From assembly GCA_964605665.1 (NCBI GenBank), contig CAZSDP010000022.1:11238-75237 (forward strand): a stretch of DNA of 64,000 bases, given 5' to 3'. Below are positions 48,525-58,902 of the stretch, piece after piece. The notes under the pieces are model-generated. The model worked only from the letters and a program-made list of their open reading frames with translations. It did no database searches and was not told the origin of the DNA. Made by a program: the position numbers and the translations under genes. Position 1 is the first letter of the stretch. Each line of letters starts with the position of its first letter. Source of the DNA: an uncultured Planctomycetia bacterium. Its GTDB lineage: Bacteria; Planctomycetota; UBA8108; UBA1146.

Positions 48525-49127
48525 ATGAGACAGAGTGAAGAGATCTCCCGACCGAGTGAAATCGATCGTCCTTCTGCTTCTGAGACGGAGAGCGGTGGTC
48601 AGAGGACCTCCGCGCAGGTCACGCTCGGTTTGGGGTCGAATCTGGGGGACCGAAAGAAAACGATGCAATCGGCGCTGAAGCGTCTTCTCTCCGATGGCAT
48701 TCTCTTTGATCCGCGCGTCTCCGGGCTCTACCAAACTTCTCCGATCGGTCCCGCTCAAGGGGATTACTTGAACGCGGTGGTGATCGGGTCGACGATCCTC
48801 GATCCCTTGGAGATCCTCCAACGATGCCAGTCGATCGAGGATGAACTCGGGCGAGATCGGAGCGTGTCGCGGTGGGGCCCTCGGAAGATCGACATCGACA
48901 TCCTCTCATTGACCGGTGCTTCGGGCCGCTATGGGGATGGAGCTTTGACCTTGCCCCATCCGGAGATTGCACATCGTCGCTTCGTTCTCGTACCGTGGTG
49001 TGAACTCAACCCCTCCGCGATGATTCCGGGGAGTGACGGAAAGACGGTCCAACGGCTTCTGAGTGCCTTGGAGAGTCGTGGCGATGGCCAAGTGGTGAAT
49101 CGGTGGGAGGGAGAACTCTCATGCTAG
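48525..49127 (+). CDS. folK: 2-amino-4-hydroxy-6-hydroxymethyldihydropteridine pyrophosphokinase
   Basis: [12 protein letters not shown]...[12 protein letters not shown]...[18 protein letters not shown]. Start approximate. Confidence 0.8.
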   Translation: MRQSEEISRPSEIDRPSASETESGGQRTSAQVTLGLGSNLGDRKKTMQSALKRLLSDGILFDPRVSGLYQTSPIGPAQGDYLNAVVIGSTILDPLEILQRCQSIEDELGRDRSVSRWGPRKIDIDILSLTGASGRYGDGALTLPHPEIAHRRFVLVPWCELNPSAMIPGSDGKTVQRLLSALESRGDGQVVNRWEGELSC

Positions 49128-49975
49128 TCCTCGATGGAATTGCGAGCTTGCGCGCTTGGAGAAAGGACCAAGATCGAGAGTTGTCGATCGGGTTGGTGCC
49201 GACGATGGGTGCGCTCCATGAAGGACATCTCAGTTTGATTCGTCGGGCGCGGCAAGAATGTGATCGAGTTGCGGTGAGCATCTTCGTCAATCCCGCTCAG
49301 TTCGGGCCGAATGAGGACTTGGAGACCTACCCCCGCGATCGCGACGGAGACATTTCCCTCGCGGCGGAAGCGGGGGCCGATCTGACTTGGTTCACCAGAC
49401 CAGATCAGATCTATCCCGAGGGTTTTGCCACGAAAGTTGAGTTGCCTGACTTGGCCGAGCGGTTGTGCGGCCTCTCTCGACCGGTTCACTTTCCTGGAGT
49501 TGCGCTGGTCGTCTTGAAGTTGTTTCACCTCTTCGCTCCGCAGCGCGCCTACTTTGGGCAGAAGGACTATCAGCAGTCGGTGATCGTCGATCGTCTTGTT
49601 CGGGATCTCGACTTAGAGATCGACATCATCGCTTGCCCTGTGATTCGCGAGGAGAGTGGCCTCGCCATGTCGAGTCGCAACCAAGGTCTCACTCCGAGTG
49701 GCTTGAAGACGGCGGCGAGCTTGTCTCGCGCTCTCTTTGCGGCCCAATCCGCCTTCGAGGCGGGAGAGCGCGACGGCGCTGCTTTGATTCGCTGTTCAAC
49801 GCAGGAACTCGCTGACCCCCAGCTGCGACTGGAGTATCTGGAGCTGGTCGATCCCCACTCCCTCGAGCCGGTGGAGAAGGTCGATGCGTCGCAGGGCGCG
49901 CGGATGTTGATCGCCGCCCAGGTCGAGAAGGTGCGGCTGATCGATAACGTCGCCATCGGTGGGATGGCCACGTGA
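49121..49975 (+). CDS. panC: Pantoate--beta-alanine ligase
   Basis: LVPTMGALHEGHLSLI, FGQKDYQQ. GGGAGGGAG Shine-Dalgarno sequence 7 nt upstream. Confidence 0.88.
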   Translation: MLVLDGIASLRAWRKDQDRELSIGLVPTMGALHEGHLSLIRRARQECDRVAVSIFVNPAQFGPNEDLETYPRDRDGDISLAAEAGADLTWFTRPDQIYPEGFATKVELPDLAERLCGLSRPVHFPGVALVVLKLFHLFAPQRAYFGQKDYQQSVIVDRLVRDLDLEIDIIACPVIREESGLAMSSRNQGLTPSGLKTAASLSRALFAAQSAFEAGERDGAALIRCSTQELADPQLRLEYLELVDPHSLEPVEKVDASQGARMLIAAQVEKVRLIDNVAIGGMAT

Positions 49976-51228
49976 TCGAGTTTCCTCTCCTACCGGTTCG
50001 ACCGCTCGGCAGAGGTTGGGTGGTGAGGACCCCGGCAAAATTGAACCTCTTCCTCGAAGTGGTCGCGCGAAGAGCTGACGGCTTCCACGATCTCGAGACC
50101 CTCTTCCTCGCTGTGGACTACGGAGACACCTTGTGGGTGGAACCCGCATCCGATCTCCAAAGGACAGATTCGCTCACAGTGCGCGGTGTGCCCGTTCCGA
50201 CCGATCAGAGTAACCTCGTGTCTCGGGCTCTGTCTGCTGCGCGGCGGAAACGTCCCATCCCTCCGCTGTCGATCACCTTGCGCAAACGGATCGCCGTCGG
50301 GGCCGGCTTGGGAGGAGGCAGTGGCAATGGAGCGGGAATGCTCGCTCTTCTGGAATCGCTCGCTCCCGACCCAGAGGGGTTGCACGGTATCGTGTCGATC
50401 GGAAAGGAACTCGGTTCGGACGTCCCCTTCTTCTTTTCCCAGAGCGGGGCGGCGGTGGGCCGAGGGCGTGGCGATCAACTCAGCGAAGCCCCGCGAAATC
50501 TGTTTGGAGGAGACGAGCCGGTCTTTGTCATCGCGATCCCATCCATCGCTTCATCGACCGCCCACGCCTTTCGCACAATTGAGTTGCCCTTGACACTCTC
50601 AGGTGGCCCAATTACTTTTCCCGCAAGGACTTTTGAACTTTCAGGGGAGTGGCAGAGGGGAACTTTCAACCGCCTTGAGGCCCCGGTTCTGAGAGATGAG
50701 CCGAGGCTCGCCGAGTTTGCACAAGCCCTCGCTGAAGTGGAAAGCACACCGATCGCCGAAGAAGACATCCCATCTTCTGCATCGACGACTTCCAGTGAAG
50801 CGAACGAACGAGCACTCGAGAACGCTGGAGAACTCGCGAAGCGGCGGCTGAGGTTACCGAGCGAAGAGCGGTTACGAGGAGACGAGAGCAGCACCGAAGC
50901 GCAGGGTGAGGATACAACAACCGGAATTCCAACTGCGCGCTCAGAGTGTTCCAGTTCTGCAATCGATCGAGAATCGGATGTGGCCGAGACTGGTCGGAAG
51001 CGTCGCGGAGATTTTTCTGGTGGACTTGGTTCTGCCGATTCTCTGCGGTCTCGGTTTCAGATGACCGGCAGCGGATCGGCGTTTTACGCGATAGCGGAGA
51101 GTCGCCGGGCAGCATCGAATCTCGTTTCTGCATTGGAAGCACCGACCGGACCTGTTGCTCGTTGGGCTCAAAAAACCGGCCATTCGGTTTCCGCGCTCAT
51201 CGTCCGACCCCACCCCTCTCTCCTGTGA
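49972..51228 (+). CDS. ispE: 4-diphosphocytidyl-2-C-methyl-D-erythritol kinase with an insertion of about 110 aa of low complexity
   Basis: TPAKLNLFLEVVARRADGFHDLETLF, GAGLGGGSGNGAG, C-terminal GSGSAFYAI. GTG start overlaps the panC stop. Confidence 0.85.
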   Translation: MIEFPLLPVRPLGRGWVVRTPAKLNLFLEVVARRADGFHDLETLFLAVDYGDTLWVEPASDLQRTDSLTVRGVPVPTDQSNLVSRALSAARRKRPIPPLSITLRKRIAVGAGLGGGSGNGAGMLALLESLAPDPEGLHGIVSIGKELGSDVPFFFSQSGAAVGRGRGDQLSEAPRNLFGGDEPVFVIAIPSIASSTAHAFRTIELPLTLSGGPITFPARTFELSGEWQRGTFNRLEAPVLRDEPRLAEFAQALAEVESTPIAEEDIPSSASTTSSEANERALENAGELAKRRLRLPSEERLRGDESSTEAQGEDTTTGIPTARSECSSSAIDRESDVAETGRKRRGDFSGGLGSADSLRSRFQMTGSGSAFYAIAESRRAASNLVSALEAPTGPVARWAQKTGHSVSALIVRPHPSLL

Positions 51229-51341
51229 TCCCGTCACGGTTCATCTGTCGGCCGACCGATCCGCTTGGTCTTCATTGATCAGCGAGGGAGTTGGTCTCGG
51301 AGGACTTTCGGGGCGTTGGACGATGAGGAGAGGAGCAGCCT

Positions 51342-52103
51342 GTGGATATCACCGAGGTCCGTGTGAAGCTGGTCGAGGGGGGACAGGACAAGCTTCGAGC
51401 CTTTTGTAGTATCACCATCGACGACGCGTTCGTGGTCCGCGATTTGAAAGTCATCGAAGGGAGCAAGGGGCTGTTCGTTGCGATGCCGAGTCGGAAGCTG
51501 ACCTCGCGCTGCGGTCGTTGCGGATTCAAGAATCAGCTCCGAAGCAACTATTGCAATGACTGTGGAAAGTCTCTCCCTGAAACTTCCCCGCGCGATGATT
51601 CTCGGGCGAAAATCCACGCCGATATCGCCCATCCCATTCACAGTGAGTGTCGCGAACGGCTGCAGATGGTCGTGGTCGAATCGTACTTGGAAGAGGTGGA
51701 GGCTTCGGAGCAACCGGGCTACGCGCCTCGGGACATCGAGGAGTTCAATGCGGAACCGGTACCGGTAGGCGCGGGTGCACCTTGGGAAGAGGACCAGACT
51801 CCGAAGGGAAACACTGAAGAATCCGCGTCTTCAAATCGCCCGATGGCGTACGAGCGGGGACCGGTCCCCGAAGCGGACAGTTGGAACGCGCCCGATACTC
51901 AAAGTGAACCGCGTGAGTTCTCACCCCCTGACTCGAGGGAAACAGGGCGAAGAGAAGGGCGAGCTGCAGCTGCGAGGGCGGATGACAGACACCATGCGCC
52001 TCAAAGTGACCCGCGTGGCGAGCAGCGGTTGACCGGGCGTCAGCGCGGTCCTCTCTCGGAAATGCCTCCACCCGACGACAACTTCAGCGCGGGGATCTTT
52101 TGA
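51342..52103 (+). CDS. spoVG: SpoVG-family protein with a zinc-ribbon insertion and a long acidic disordered C-terminal tail
   Basis: VDITEVRVKLVEGGQDKLRAFCSITIDDAFVVRDLKVIEGSKGLFVAMPSRK ... IAHPIHSECRERL matches SpoVG. CGRCG...CNDCG is inserted in between. ispE-spoVG neighbourhood as in Bacillus. Confidence 0.8.
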   Translation: MDITEVRVKLVEGGQDKLRAFCSITIDDAFVVRDLKVIEGSKGLFVAMPSRKLTSRCGRCGFKNQLRSNYCNDCGKSLPETSPRDDSRAKIHADIAHPIHSECRERLQMVVVESYLEEVEASEQPGYAPRDIEEFNAEPVPVGAGAPWEEDQTPKGNTEESASSNRPMAYERGPVPEADSWNAPDTQSEPREFSPPDSRETGRREGRAAAARADDRHHAPQSDPRGEQRLTGRQRGPLSEMPPPDDNFSAGIF

Positions 52104-52113
52104 CCTCTCGTCG

Positions 52114-54858
52114 GTGATCGACCGGGCTTCCCGCGTCGATGCCAGCGACAGAGTGAGGAGGATCGGGGCGAATCAGAGATCGGTTTCAGGTTGCGGCTTC
52201 GAGAATTGTTCGACATCAACTCGTAATAGAGGGACAGGCGTGCGCTCTACTCGGTGGCAGATCAGTTTGAGCAAGGCGCGGCCGGAGGCCATCGGGCGGA
52301 GTCGTTTTCTCTGGGGGCGATGGCGACGAGAATCGGAGCGATCGACATCGGGGGAGTGGTTCACCGCTCTCTTGATTTTGACGATCTTCTTCTGCAGCAC
52401 GTTCTTCTGCAGCACGTTGCCAAGACTCTCTGAATCGCTGGAAGCGGCGCAAGCGACAGGAACGGGTGAGAGTACTGACCCCGATCCCCGAGCGGAGAGT
52501 CCTCAAGAGGAACCGATCACGCCACCCGCGGCTTCCGATGCGCCGATCGATGTGCGCCGCCTTCTCGACTCTACTGCAGAGAATGATTGGGTCCGTGGGC
52601 TCACTCTTCTGGCGGCCGCAGCGTCGGTTCCCGAGGGAGCTCCTCAGTGGACGACTTCGACCTTGCTCGAGTACATCGAGCAGCGCGGGTTGGAGAATCT
52701 GGAGCGATCCCGAGCGATTTTGTCTGATCCCGTCATGCGCCAGAAAGTCCCCGGGGAAGCAGTTCTGCTGAAGCTGCTCGAGGGGCCGGGGTACGAGACT
52801 TTCGCCCCCGAGATCGAAGAGGCGATCACCCGTGTCGCCGCCGATCGTGCCCGTCGCGACGAACTGACCGAGACGTTGATCAGCAGTTTCAATGCGGAGT
52901 TGATCGAGCGCCTCTTTCCACTGCTGGCTCGTCACGAGCCGGGAGCACTGATGCGCGTGGTCGTCGATCGCTTGACGCAAAATCCCCAAGAGTTGGTCGA
53001 CCCTGCCCTTCTTCGGGCGGTCTCCCGTTTTCTCGGCCGGACCTTTGATGACACCTCTGCGCTCTCTGCCTGGTGGAAGGAACACCAGGGGGACGCCATT
53101 CTCACGTTGATTCTCGAACAGGATCGGTTCAACGCGAATGAGCGGGCGAAGAAACTGTGGGCTCGTGCGAACGACTATCTGGTCGATGACGCGAGTCCGA
53201 GTTCTTATCGCGGTTGGCTGCTCGACTCCCTAGAGCCGTCACAACCCGCCGGGGTTCGATTGAGCGCTCTTCAGGAGATCGAGAGGTTCGTCCCGCGGAT
53301 CACGACCGGCGAAGGGGCGCAACCGGTGGAGCAGCAACGAGAGTTGCTGCGTCCCCTTCTGGTCCGATTGCAGCAGATCATCTCCCGAGAAGCGGTGACC
53401 CTCGGCGATCGAGATCCACTTCGAACGCGGATTCAGGCGCTTCGCTCCCTCCGGGCTCTCAGCATTTTCCGTGATGAAGAGACGGTCGTGGCGCTCCTCG
53501 AAGCGCTGATCGATGACCTCGCGCGAGTGGGATTCAGCGGTGAGTCTGCGTCCTCGAAACTGAGCCTGTTGGCGGTCCGGGTGGCGGGAGCGATGAAGGC
53601 GCCGGTCGGAGAGGCACTCGACGCGGCTCTCAACGCCTTGTTGCCAGCGGAAGACGCAAATGGCTGGGCCGAAATCCCCACGGAGCCTCTCGAGATGATT
53701 CTCAGTAGCCTCGGGCAGGTGGGGGCGCGTTCCGGAACGATCGATAACCTCGCTCGCCTCTACGTGAAGCGACCGGACGTTCGGGAAGAGATTCTCGAAG
53801 TCTTCGTGCTGCGGAGTGTACCGGAGGAATCGACGTCGGAGGTGCTCACACTCTTTACGGAAGCATTGGCGATCGATGAGGGCGACAGCTCCGATGGGAA
53901 TACCGACGAGAATCTCCGGACTTTGGCGATCAACGGTATCGGGCGACTGGGGCTGATCGAAGGAATCGAGCCGCTCGAGAAGGCGATCCAGTCCGACAAA
54001 TTGAAGCGCGATGAACGAACCGCCGCTCTCAAGAGCATCCAGAGTATCGGTGGGCGAGCCGCTCTCGAGTCGATCGCCCGTCTCTGGCCTACCGTTGCCG
54101 AAGGAGACGATCTTCGGACCGAGATGGCGACGATCGGGGCTGAACTCTGCGCCTCCGATCCTTCCCTAGAACTTCTCGAGGCCTTTCTTCTCTCAGACGG
54201 CGATGCTCCCCTCCCTTGGTTCTCGGAGGTGATTTCAAATAGGGCGATCGCTGAGTTGCTCGATCCAGGTCGCTTGCCCGCGGACTTCTGCACTGCTCGA
54301 CCTCTCGATTGCGCGCGATTTGAAAGACTGCAAGCGGTTCGAGCTTCACTCGATGCTCAGAGGGAGATCACCGCGGAAGATCTCACTGCGATTTCAGAGG
54401 CTCTCTTGAGTCAATCGGAGCAGATTCGACGCGTCCTGGAAGTTCTTGGAGAGTCTCCACAAGGTGGGGCAGAAGGAGCTCGCAAGGTCTTGGAGTCGAT
54501 CGCCCTGTCGACAGGTGGTCGGGGACAAGTGGCCAGATTGCTCTCTCGTCGGGAGATCGAAGCGCTTTGGGGTCCGCTCGAACAACTGCTCGAGGCGGAG
54601 CAGGCCCTCTTCGCGGGGGAGGTTGATCCGGGAATTCCGGGGGCTGGAGGACACATCCTCTGGTTGATCGACCAAGTTTTAGCCCATCCACTCGAGGAAG
54701 AGTCTCTCTTCTTAAATGGTCTCGAAGCCTTCATGGAGCGGTATCCTAGGGGAGACGTCGTCCGGGAGAAGCTCGCGGAGCTCGAGGCGCGCGTCAACGC
54801 TGAGAATGGAGGTGGGGATGAGGAGCCCCCGCCTGTAGATTCTGGAGACGGGAAGTAG
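52114..54858 (+). CDS. Large membrane-anchored HEAT-repeat protein, function unknown
   Basis: 914-codon open frame. TM WFTALLILTIFFCSTFFCSTL. Repeated HEAT/PBS-lyase-like helices. Start uncertain. Confidence 0.55.
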   Translation: MIDRASRVDASDRVRRIGANQRSVSGCGFENCSTSTRNRGTGVRSTRWQISLSKARPEAIGRSRFLWGRWRRESERSTSGEWFTALLILTIFFCSTFFCSTLPRLSESLEAAQATGTGESTDPDPRAESPQEEPITPPAASDAPIDVRRLLDSTAENDWVRGLTLLAAAASVPEGAPQWTTSTLLEYIEQRGLENLERSRAILSDPVMRQKVPGEAVLLKLLEGPGYETFAPEIEEAITRVAADRARRDELTETLISSFNAELIERLFPLLARHEPGALMRVVVDRLTQNPQELVDPALLRAVSRFLGRTFDDTSALSAWWKEHQGDAILTLILEQDRFNANERAKKLWARANDYLVDDASPSSYRGWLLDSLEPSQPAGVRLSALQEIERFVPRITTGEGAQPVEQQRELLRPLLVRLQQIISREAVTLGDRDPLRTRIQALRSLRALSIFRDEETVVALLEALIDDLARVGFSGESASSKLSLLAVRVAGAMKAPVGEALDAALNALLPAEDANGWAEIPTEPLEMILSSLGQVGARSGTIDNLARLYVKRPDVREEILEVFVLRSVPEESTSEVLTLFTEALAIDEGDSSDGNTDENLRTLAINGIGRLGLIEGIEPLEKAIQSDKLKRDERTAALKSIQSIGGRAALESIARLWPTVAEGDDLRTEMATIGAELCASDPSLELLEAFLLSDGDAPLPWFSEVISNRAIAELLDPGRLPADFCTARPLDCARFERLQAVRASLDAQREITAEDLTAISEALLSQSEQIRRVLEVLGESPQGGAEGARKVLESIALSTGGRGQVARLLSRREIEALWGPLEQLLEAEQALFAGEVDPGIPGAGGHILWLIDQVLAHPLEEESLFLNGLEAFMERYPRGDVVREKLAELEARVNAENGGGDEEPPPVDSGDGK

Positions 54859-54981
54859 AGAGCCCCGGCGGATCGAGTGATCCGCGGTTTGCCGTCTCCC
54901 CACGATCGATTCGTTCCGAGCGAGTATTGCTTTCGCGAATGAGAGATCGGTTCGCTAGTCAGTGTTCGAGGATCTCACGTT

Positions 54982-56019
54982 ATGAATTTATCCGATTCCA
55001 CCCTATCGAAGACCTCACCTCCGATCGAAACTCGAGTCGGTCGAGCAGATCGAACCGAGTCGATCCATCGGGCGGTTGCTGTCGCGATTTCCCTCAATGA
55101 TGCGCCGATGTTCTTTGGCGAAGATCCGGGCACCTTCATGCGCTCGGTTGCGAAGCCATTTCAAACTCTCGCACTCTTTCGCAATGGAGTGGTCGACCAT
55201 CACGGCTTGAGCCCCGAAGAGATCGCCGTGATCTCCGCCTCCCACGGTGGCGAGCGAGAGCATCGTCGACGGGTGGAAGGACTTCTGCGGCGGGGGGGCT
55301 TTACCTTAAAAGATCTGCACTGCGGAACCCATGCTCCATTTACCGCCTCGGAGCGTCGTCGAATGATCGCGGGTGGAGAGAAGCCAGACCTCCTCTGTAA
55401 CAACTGTTCGGGAAAGCACGCGGGGATGTTGCTTCATGCGGCGCACCTCGGGGCTGACTCCACCAGATATCTAGACCGGCAGCACCCGGTGCAAAGAGCG
55501 GTCGCCTCCACCCTGTCGATGTTTCTCGATGTCGATCTTTCACAAGCGGATTGTGGTATCGACGGTTGCGGCGCACCGACCTGGTTTGTGTCTCTCGAAG
55601 CGATGGCGCGCGGATTTGCGCGTCTGAGCGACCAACGCTTCTTGGAGGAAAGAGGATTGGTCGATGCCGTCGATCGCTATCACGACGCACTGCGCACCGC
55701 GCCGCTCCTCTTCTCCGGTGAGCAACGTTTTCCCTATCTGTGGAGTCACCACCTTCAGCCGGAGTCCTTTTCGAAAGAAGGAGCAGAGGGGGTTTATGTG
55801 GTGTGGGGGACTCGAGGTGCTCTCGCTTTGAAGTCGACCGACGGAACTGAGCGGGGATACCGCTATGCAATCCCGGAGTTGCTCTCGAAGCTCGGTTGGA
55901 TCGACGGAAGAACTCACCGCCGTTGGATCGCTTCCGATCCGCCGATTGTTCGCAATGTCGCCGGCCGAGAAGTGGGGCAAATCGAGGTTTCGATCCCAGA
56001 GCCTCGGATGGGGGCCTGA
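54982..56019 (+). CDS. Asparaginase-II family protein
   Basis: ...SVAKPFQTLALF..., NCSGKHAGML, DGCGAPT. Confidence 0.8.
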   Translation: MNLSDSTLSKTSPPIETRVGRADRTESIHRAVAVAISLNDAPMFFGEDPGTFMRSVAKPFQTLALFRNGVVDHHGLSPEEIAVISASHGGEREHRRRVEGLLRRGGFTLKDLHCGTHAPFTASERRRMIAGGEKPDLLCNNCSGKHAGMLLHAAHLGADSTRYLDRQHPVQRAVASTLSMFLDVDLSQADCGIDGCGAPTWFVSLEAMARGFARLSDQRFLEERGLVDAVDRYHDALRTAPLLFSGEQRFPYLWSHHLQPESFSKEGAEGVYVVWGTRGALALKSTDGTERGYRYAIPELLSKLGWIDGRTHRRWIASDPPIVRNVAGREVGQIEVSIPEPRMGA

Positions 56020-56034
56020 GTGATTTTCAGGAGG

Positions 56035-56370
56035 CTACTGTTCCTCAGGTTCTGGAGTTTCGATCCCGAGGGGCTGACGGAGGAAAGATCGTTGGCACTC
56101 GGGGCAGAGATCGAAGTGTAACTCCCGATAAACTTGATCTTGCGCTTCTTCGGCGCTCAGCGTCTCCAGCTCGCGGATCAGCTTCTCCCAATCTACGGCA
56201 TTCTGCTTCTGCAGTTCGTCCCTCGAAATTTCCATCGGGTCGTAGGCGGCTTGAACGACGATCTTGACCTGATAGCGGACGTTCTCATCGAGGAGGAGGG
56301 TCTTGTCGCAGCGATCGCAGTTCAGTCCATGCAACGAGGTACACCTTCCCAAGCGGGGAGTGGAGTTCAC
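56035..56370 (-). CDS. Hypothetical zinc-ribbon protein
   Basis: CDRC ... CPEC pairs about 75 aa apart. Acidic C-terminus. Weak support. Confidence 0.35.
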   Translation of the reverse strand: MNSTPRLGRCTSLHGLNCDRCDKTLLLDENVRYQVKIVVQAAYDPMEISRDELQKQNAVDWEKLIRELETLSAEEAQDQVYRELHFDLCPECQRSFLRQPLGIETPEPEEQ

Positions 56371-56676
56371 CTCATTCTAGCGGGGAAATGGAGCTAGAGC
56401 CTCCATCGACCCTTGATGAGCCGGTCGACCTCACCCTCACCCCACTCTGAGTCGAGGCCGGGACAGCTGCGGAGCCCGATCGCGCGCATTCGCTCCATTC
56501 CCGATATCTGCCCTGATTCTCCCCTCTGAGGCCGCTTTAGAGGCAAGAACCCGTTCCACCTCGAAGCCGATTTCGCCGAGCTGTCGATCTCTGCTCAAGA
56601 GTGCCCTCCATCGATCCGATCTGAGGAATTGCGGAGAACTGCATTGGTGTAGTCTCCAGATCGAGAGGTTTTCTCC

Positions 56677-58818
56677 ATGAGTCTGAACCTAAATCGATGG
56701 GGAACCATGCTGGTGACCCTTCTGCTGGTGCTCACTCCCGCCATGAACTCGGGTGCCTTCGATGCCGATCTCGAACGTCTGATCCGCAAAGACGGAACGT
56801 CGGTCGTGGGAGTCATCGTCGGCTTTGATCACGGCTCATATCGGGTTCGGGTCGGGGATGGCATCTTTGAGGTTCCCGCTCAGGAGGTGCGAACGATCGA
56901 GCCGGTCGGTGCGGCCCAGCCGCTCCGGGAGTCTGCCGAAGACGCGGCGAGTTTGGCCTGGGTCGATCGAGTTGCCGAGAAGCTCGCTTCTCGATCGCGT
57001 CAGAGAGTCTCAGCTGAAGGTCGGCAATTCTATGCGGATGCCATGGCCGCCCTCGTTCGAGGAGATGGAGCGATCGCTCGACAAGATGCGTCGCGGGCCG
57101 CTTCTGCGAACCCCGGTTGGGTCGATCCACTCATCGTCCAACTCGTCGCGGCGGTAGAGATGGGGCGAGAATCGGAAGCGCTGCGTCTCGCTCTCCGCAT
57201 CAACGCAGAGTATCCCGACGATTTGCTCGCTGACGAAGTTTCCGCCGAAGTCTATCGCCGAAACGGCTTTCCTCACCGCGCCGCAGAACTGTCGGAGAAG
57301 GTGCTCTCGAGTCGCGGAGACCTTGACGCTCGCCGGGAACTGGTTCGCATCTGGTGGCCGATCGATCGAGCGCGGGCACTGCAGCACTGGAAACAGATCG
57401 TCGCAGCGGACCCTCGTTTCGAGAAGAGTCGCAGTGCGGAATCGCTTCTGATCAGAAGAGCGAGGGCTGCCCTCGATCTCGGTGACTTGGTGAACGCGGG
57501 CCAAGCGATCGAGGAAGTCGCCCGAGACTTCCCTTGGGCGCTCGACCAGGTCGACCGACTTCGCATCGAGTTGACCCGCGCGCGGCTTCGACAGGCGGAA
57601 TTATCGGGAGATCTCTCTCTCGCCACCTTGGCGGCGGACTCTCTTCGCAGACTGGGAGTCGAAGACAACTCCGAACTCGCAGGTCGAATCACCTCCCTGC
57701 GAGAGGAGAGGTTCGCTCGAGCCCTTGAACAGAACGATGCCAGAGACCTTCAGATGTGGTTCCAAAACCACTCCCATCTTCTCGAGGGTTCCGCTCGATC
57801 CGATCGGTCGGTCGCTTCTCGGATGCAGGAGCTCGGCTTGGACGCTCTCATCGCGGGTCACGTCAGCGATGGTCATTCAGGTCTGACCTTGGCGGAGCAA
57901 ACCGACCCCGATGCGGAATCACCCCGTGCAAATTCCCAGATCGTGACCCTCGTCGAGCAAGCGCTCGCGGCATTTGGTCGCCGTCAGGAAGATGTGGGAC
58001 TCTCAATCTTGTCGACTCTCCACCGATTCATGCCGCAGCGAGACGCCATCGCTACCGGACGCATCGCGGAATACTTCGCTCAACCGAGGCGTGATTTGTT
58101 GACCGATCATGAGCGTCGTGTGTTGTCTCGTCGACTCGCAGAGCTGTACGACGACGAGAGTCTGGAGATTCCTCTTTCCGTGACTTCAACCGTGACGGAG
58201 CGAGGGTCTTCTCAGAGACGCACCGCCGCCGCGATCGCACGGGCGCCAAGACCTGCCAAGGTGGACATCGACGCCACCGAGCAGTTGACTCAATGGTTCC
58301 CGATCGCAGTGGGAACTCGTTGGACCTATCGGCTCGATGACGGAACCACGGAGCAGCGAGAGATCATCGGAAGTCAGACCGATCGGAAGAACGGCCTGAT
58401 CATCGTGATGGAAGTGACTCCCAGCGGTGGACTTGCCTACGAGAGTCGCGCTTGGATCCGAGATGGCGAGGTGCGGCTCGGTTTTCCGGAAGCTCCTCCG
58501 GGCGAGGTTCTGATGCAAGGTGGACTCGTCGTCGGCAGCCGCTGGCAATGGCGGCGAGGGAACTTTTCTTATCGACGTGAGGTCGAAGAAGCTCGCTACC
58601 CCGTCGAGACTCCAGCTGGCGTCTTTCACGACGTTCGGGTGATTCGTGCCGAGAATCTCCTCGAGTCGAGCGAGAGTGGGCGAAGTTGGAGCGCCTCCCA
58701 TCGCATCACTTTCGCGAAGGGGGTGGGAGTCGTCCGGATCGACGGAGCGAACGAATCGATCGACCGAGAGTTGATCGAGTTTACTCCTGGGCCGAGTGTG
58801 GCGAACGATCGGAATTGA
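56677..58818 (+). CDS. Secreted protein with TPR-like helical region, function unknown
   Basis: Signal peptide MLVTLLLVLTPAMNSGAF. 713 aa. Confidence 0.6.
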   Translation: MSLNLNRWGTMLVTLLLVLTPAMNSGAFDADLERLIRKDGTSVVGVIVGFDHGSYRVRVGDGIFEVPAQEVRTIEPVGAAQPLRESAEDAASLAWVDRVAEKLASRSRQRVSAEGRQFYADAMAALVRGDGAIARQDASRAASANPGWVDPLIVQLVAAVEMGRESEALRLALRINAEYPDDLLADEVSAEVYRRNGFPHRAAELSEKVLSSRGDLDARRELVRIWWPIDRARALQHWKQIVAADPRFEKSRSAESLLIRRARAALDLGDLVNAGQAIEEVARDFPWALDQVDRLRIELTRARLRQAELSGDLSLATLAADSLRRLGVEDNSELAGRITSLREERFARALEQNDARDLQMWFQNHSHLLEGSARSDRSVASRMQELGLDALIAGHVSDGHSGLTLAEQTDPDAESPRANSQIVTLVEQALAAFGRRQEDVGLSILSTLHRFMPQRDAIATGRIAEYFAQPRRDLLTDHERRVLSRRLAELYDDESLEIPLSVTSTVTERGSSQRRTAAAIARAPRPAKVDIDATEQLTQWFPIAVGTRWTYRLDDGTTEQREIIGSQTDRKNGLIIVMEVTPSGGLAYESRAWIRDGEVRLGFPEAPPGEVLMQGGLVVGSRWQWRRGNFSYRREVEEARYPVETPAGVFHDVRVIRAENLLESSESGRSWSASHRITFAKGVGVVRIDGANESIDRELIEFTPGPSVANDRN

Positions 58819-58902
58819 ATCCCGACCTCCCCTGTTGATCGGAAGTGGGGAGCGGTGAGATCAAAGGCGACTGAAGCGACGACTCACTGCGGTTGAAGTC
58901 GC

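Noticed and set aside
52216-53085. 289-aa ORF on the minus strand
   Set aside because: Antisense to the 914-codon HEAT-repeat ORF. Low-complexity translation.
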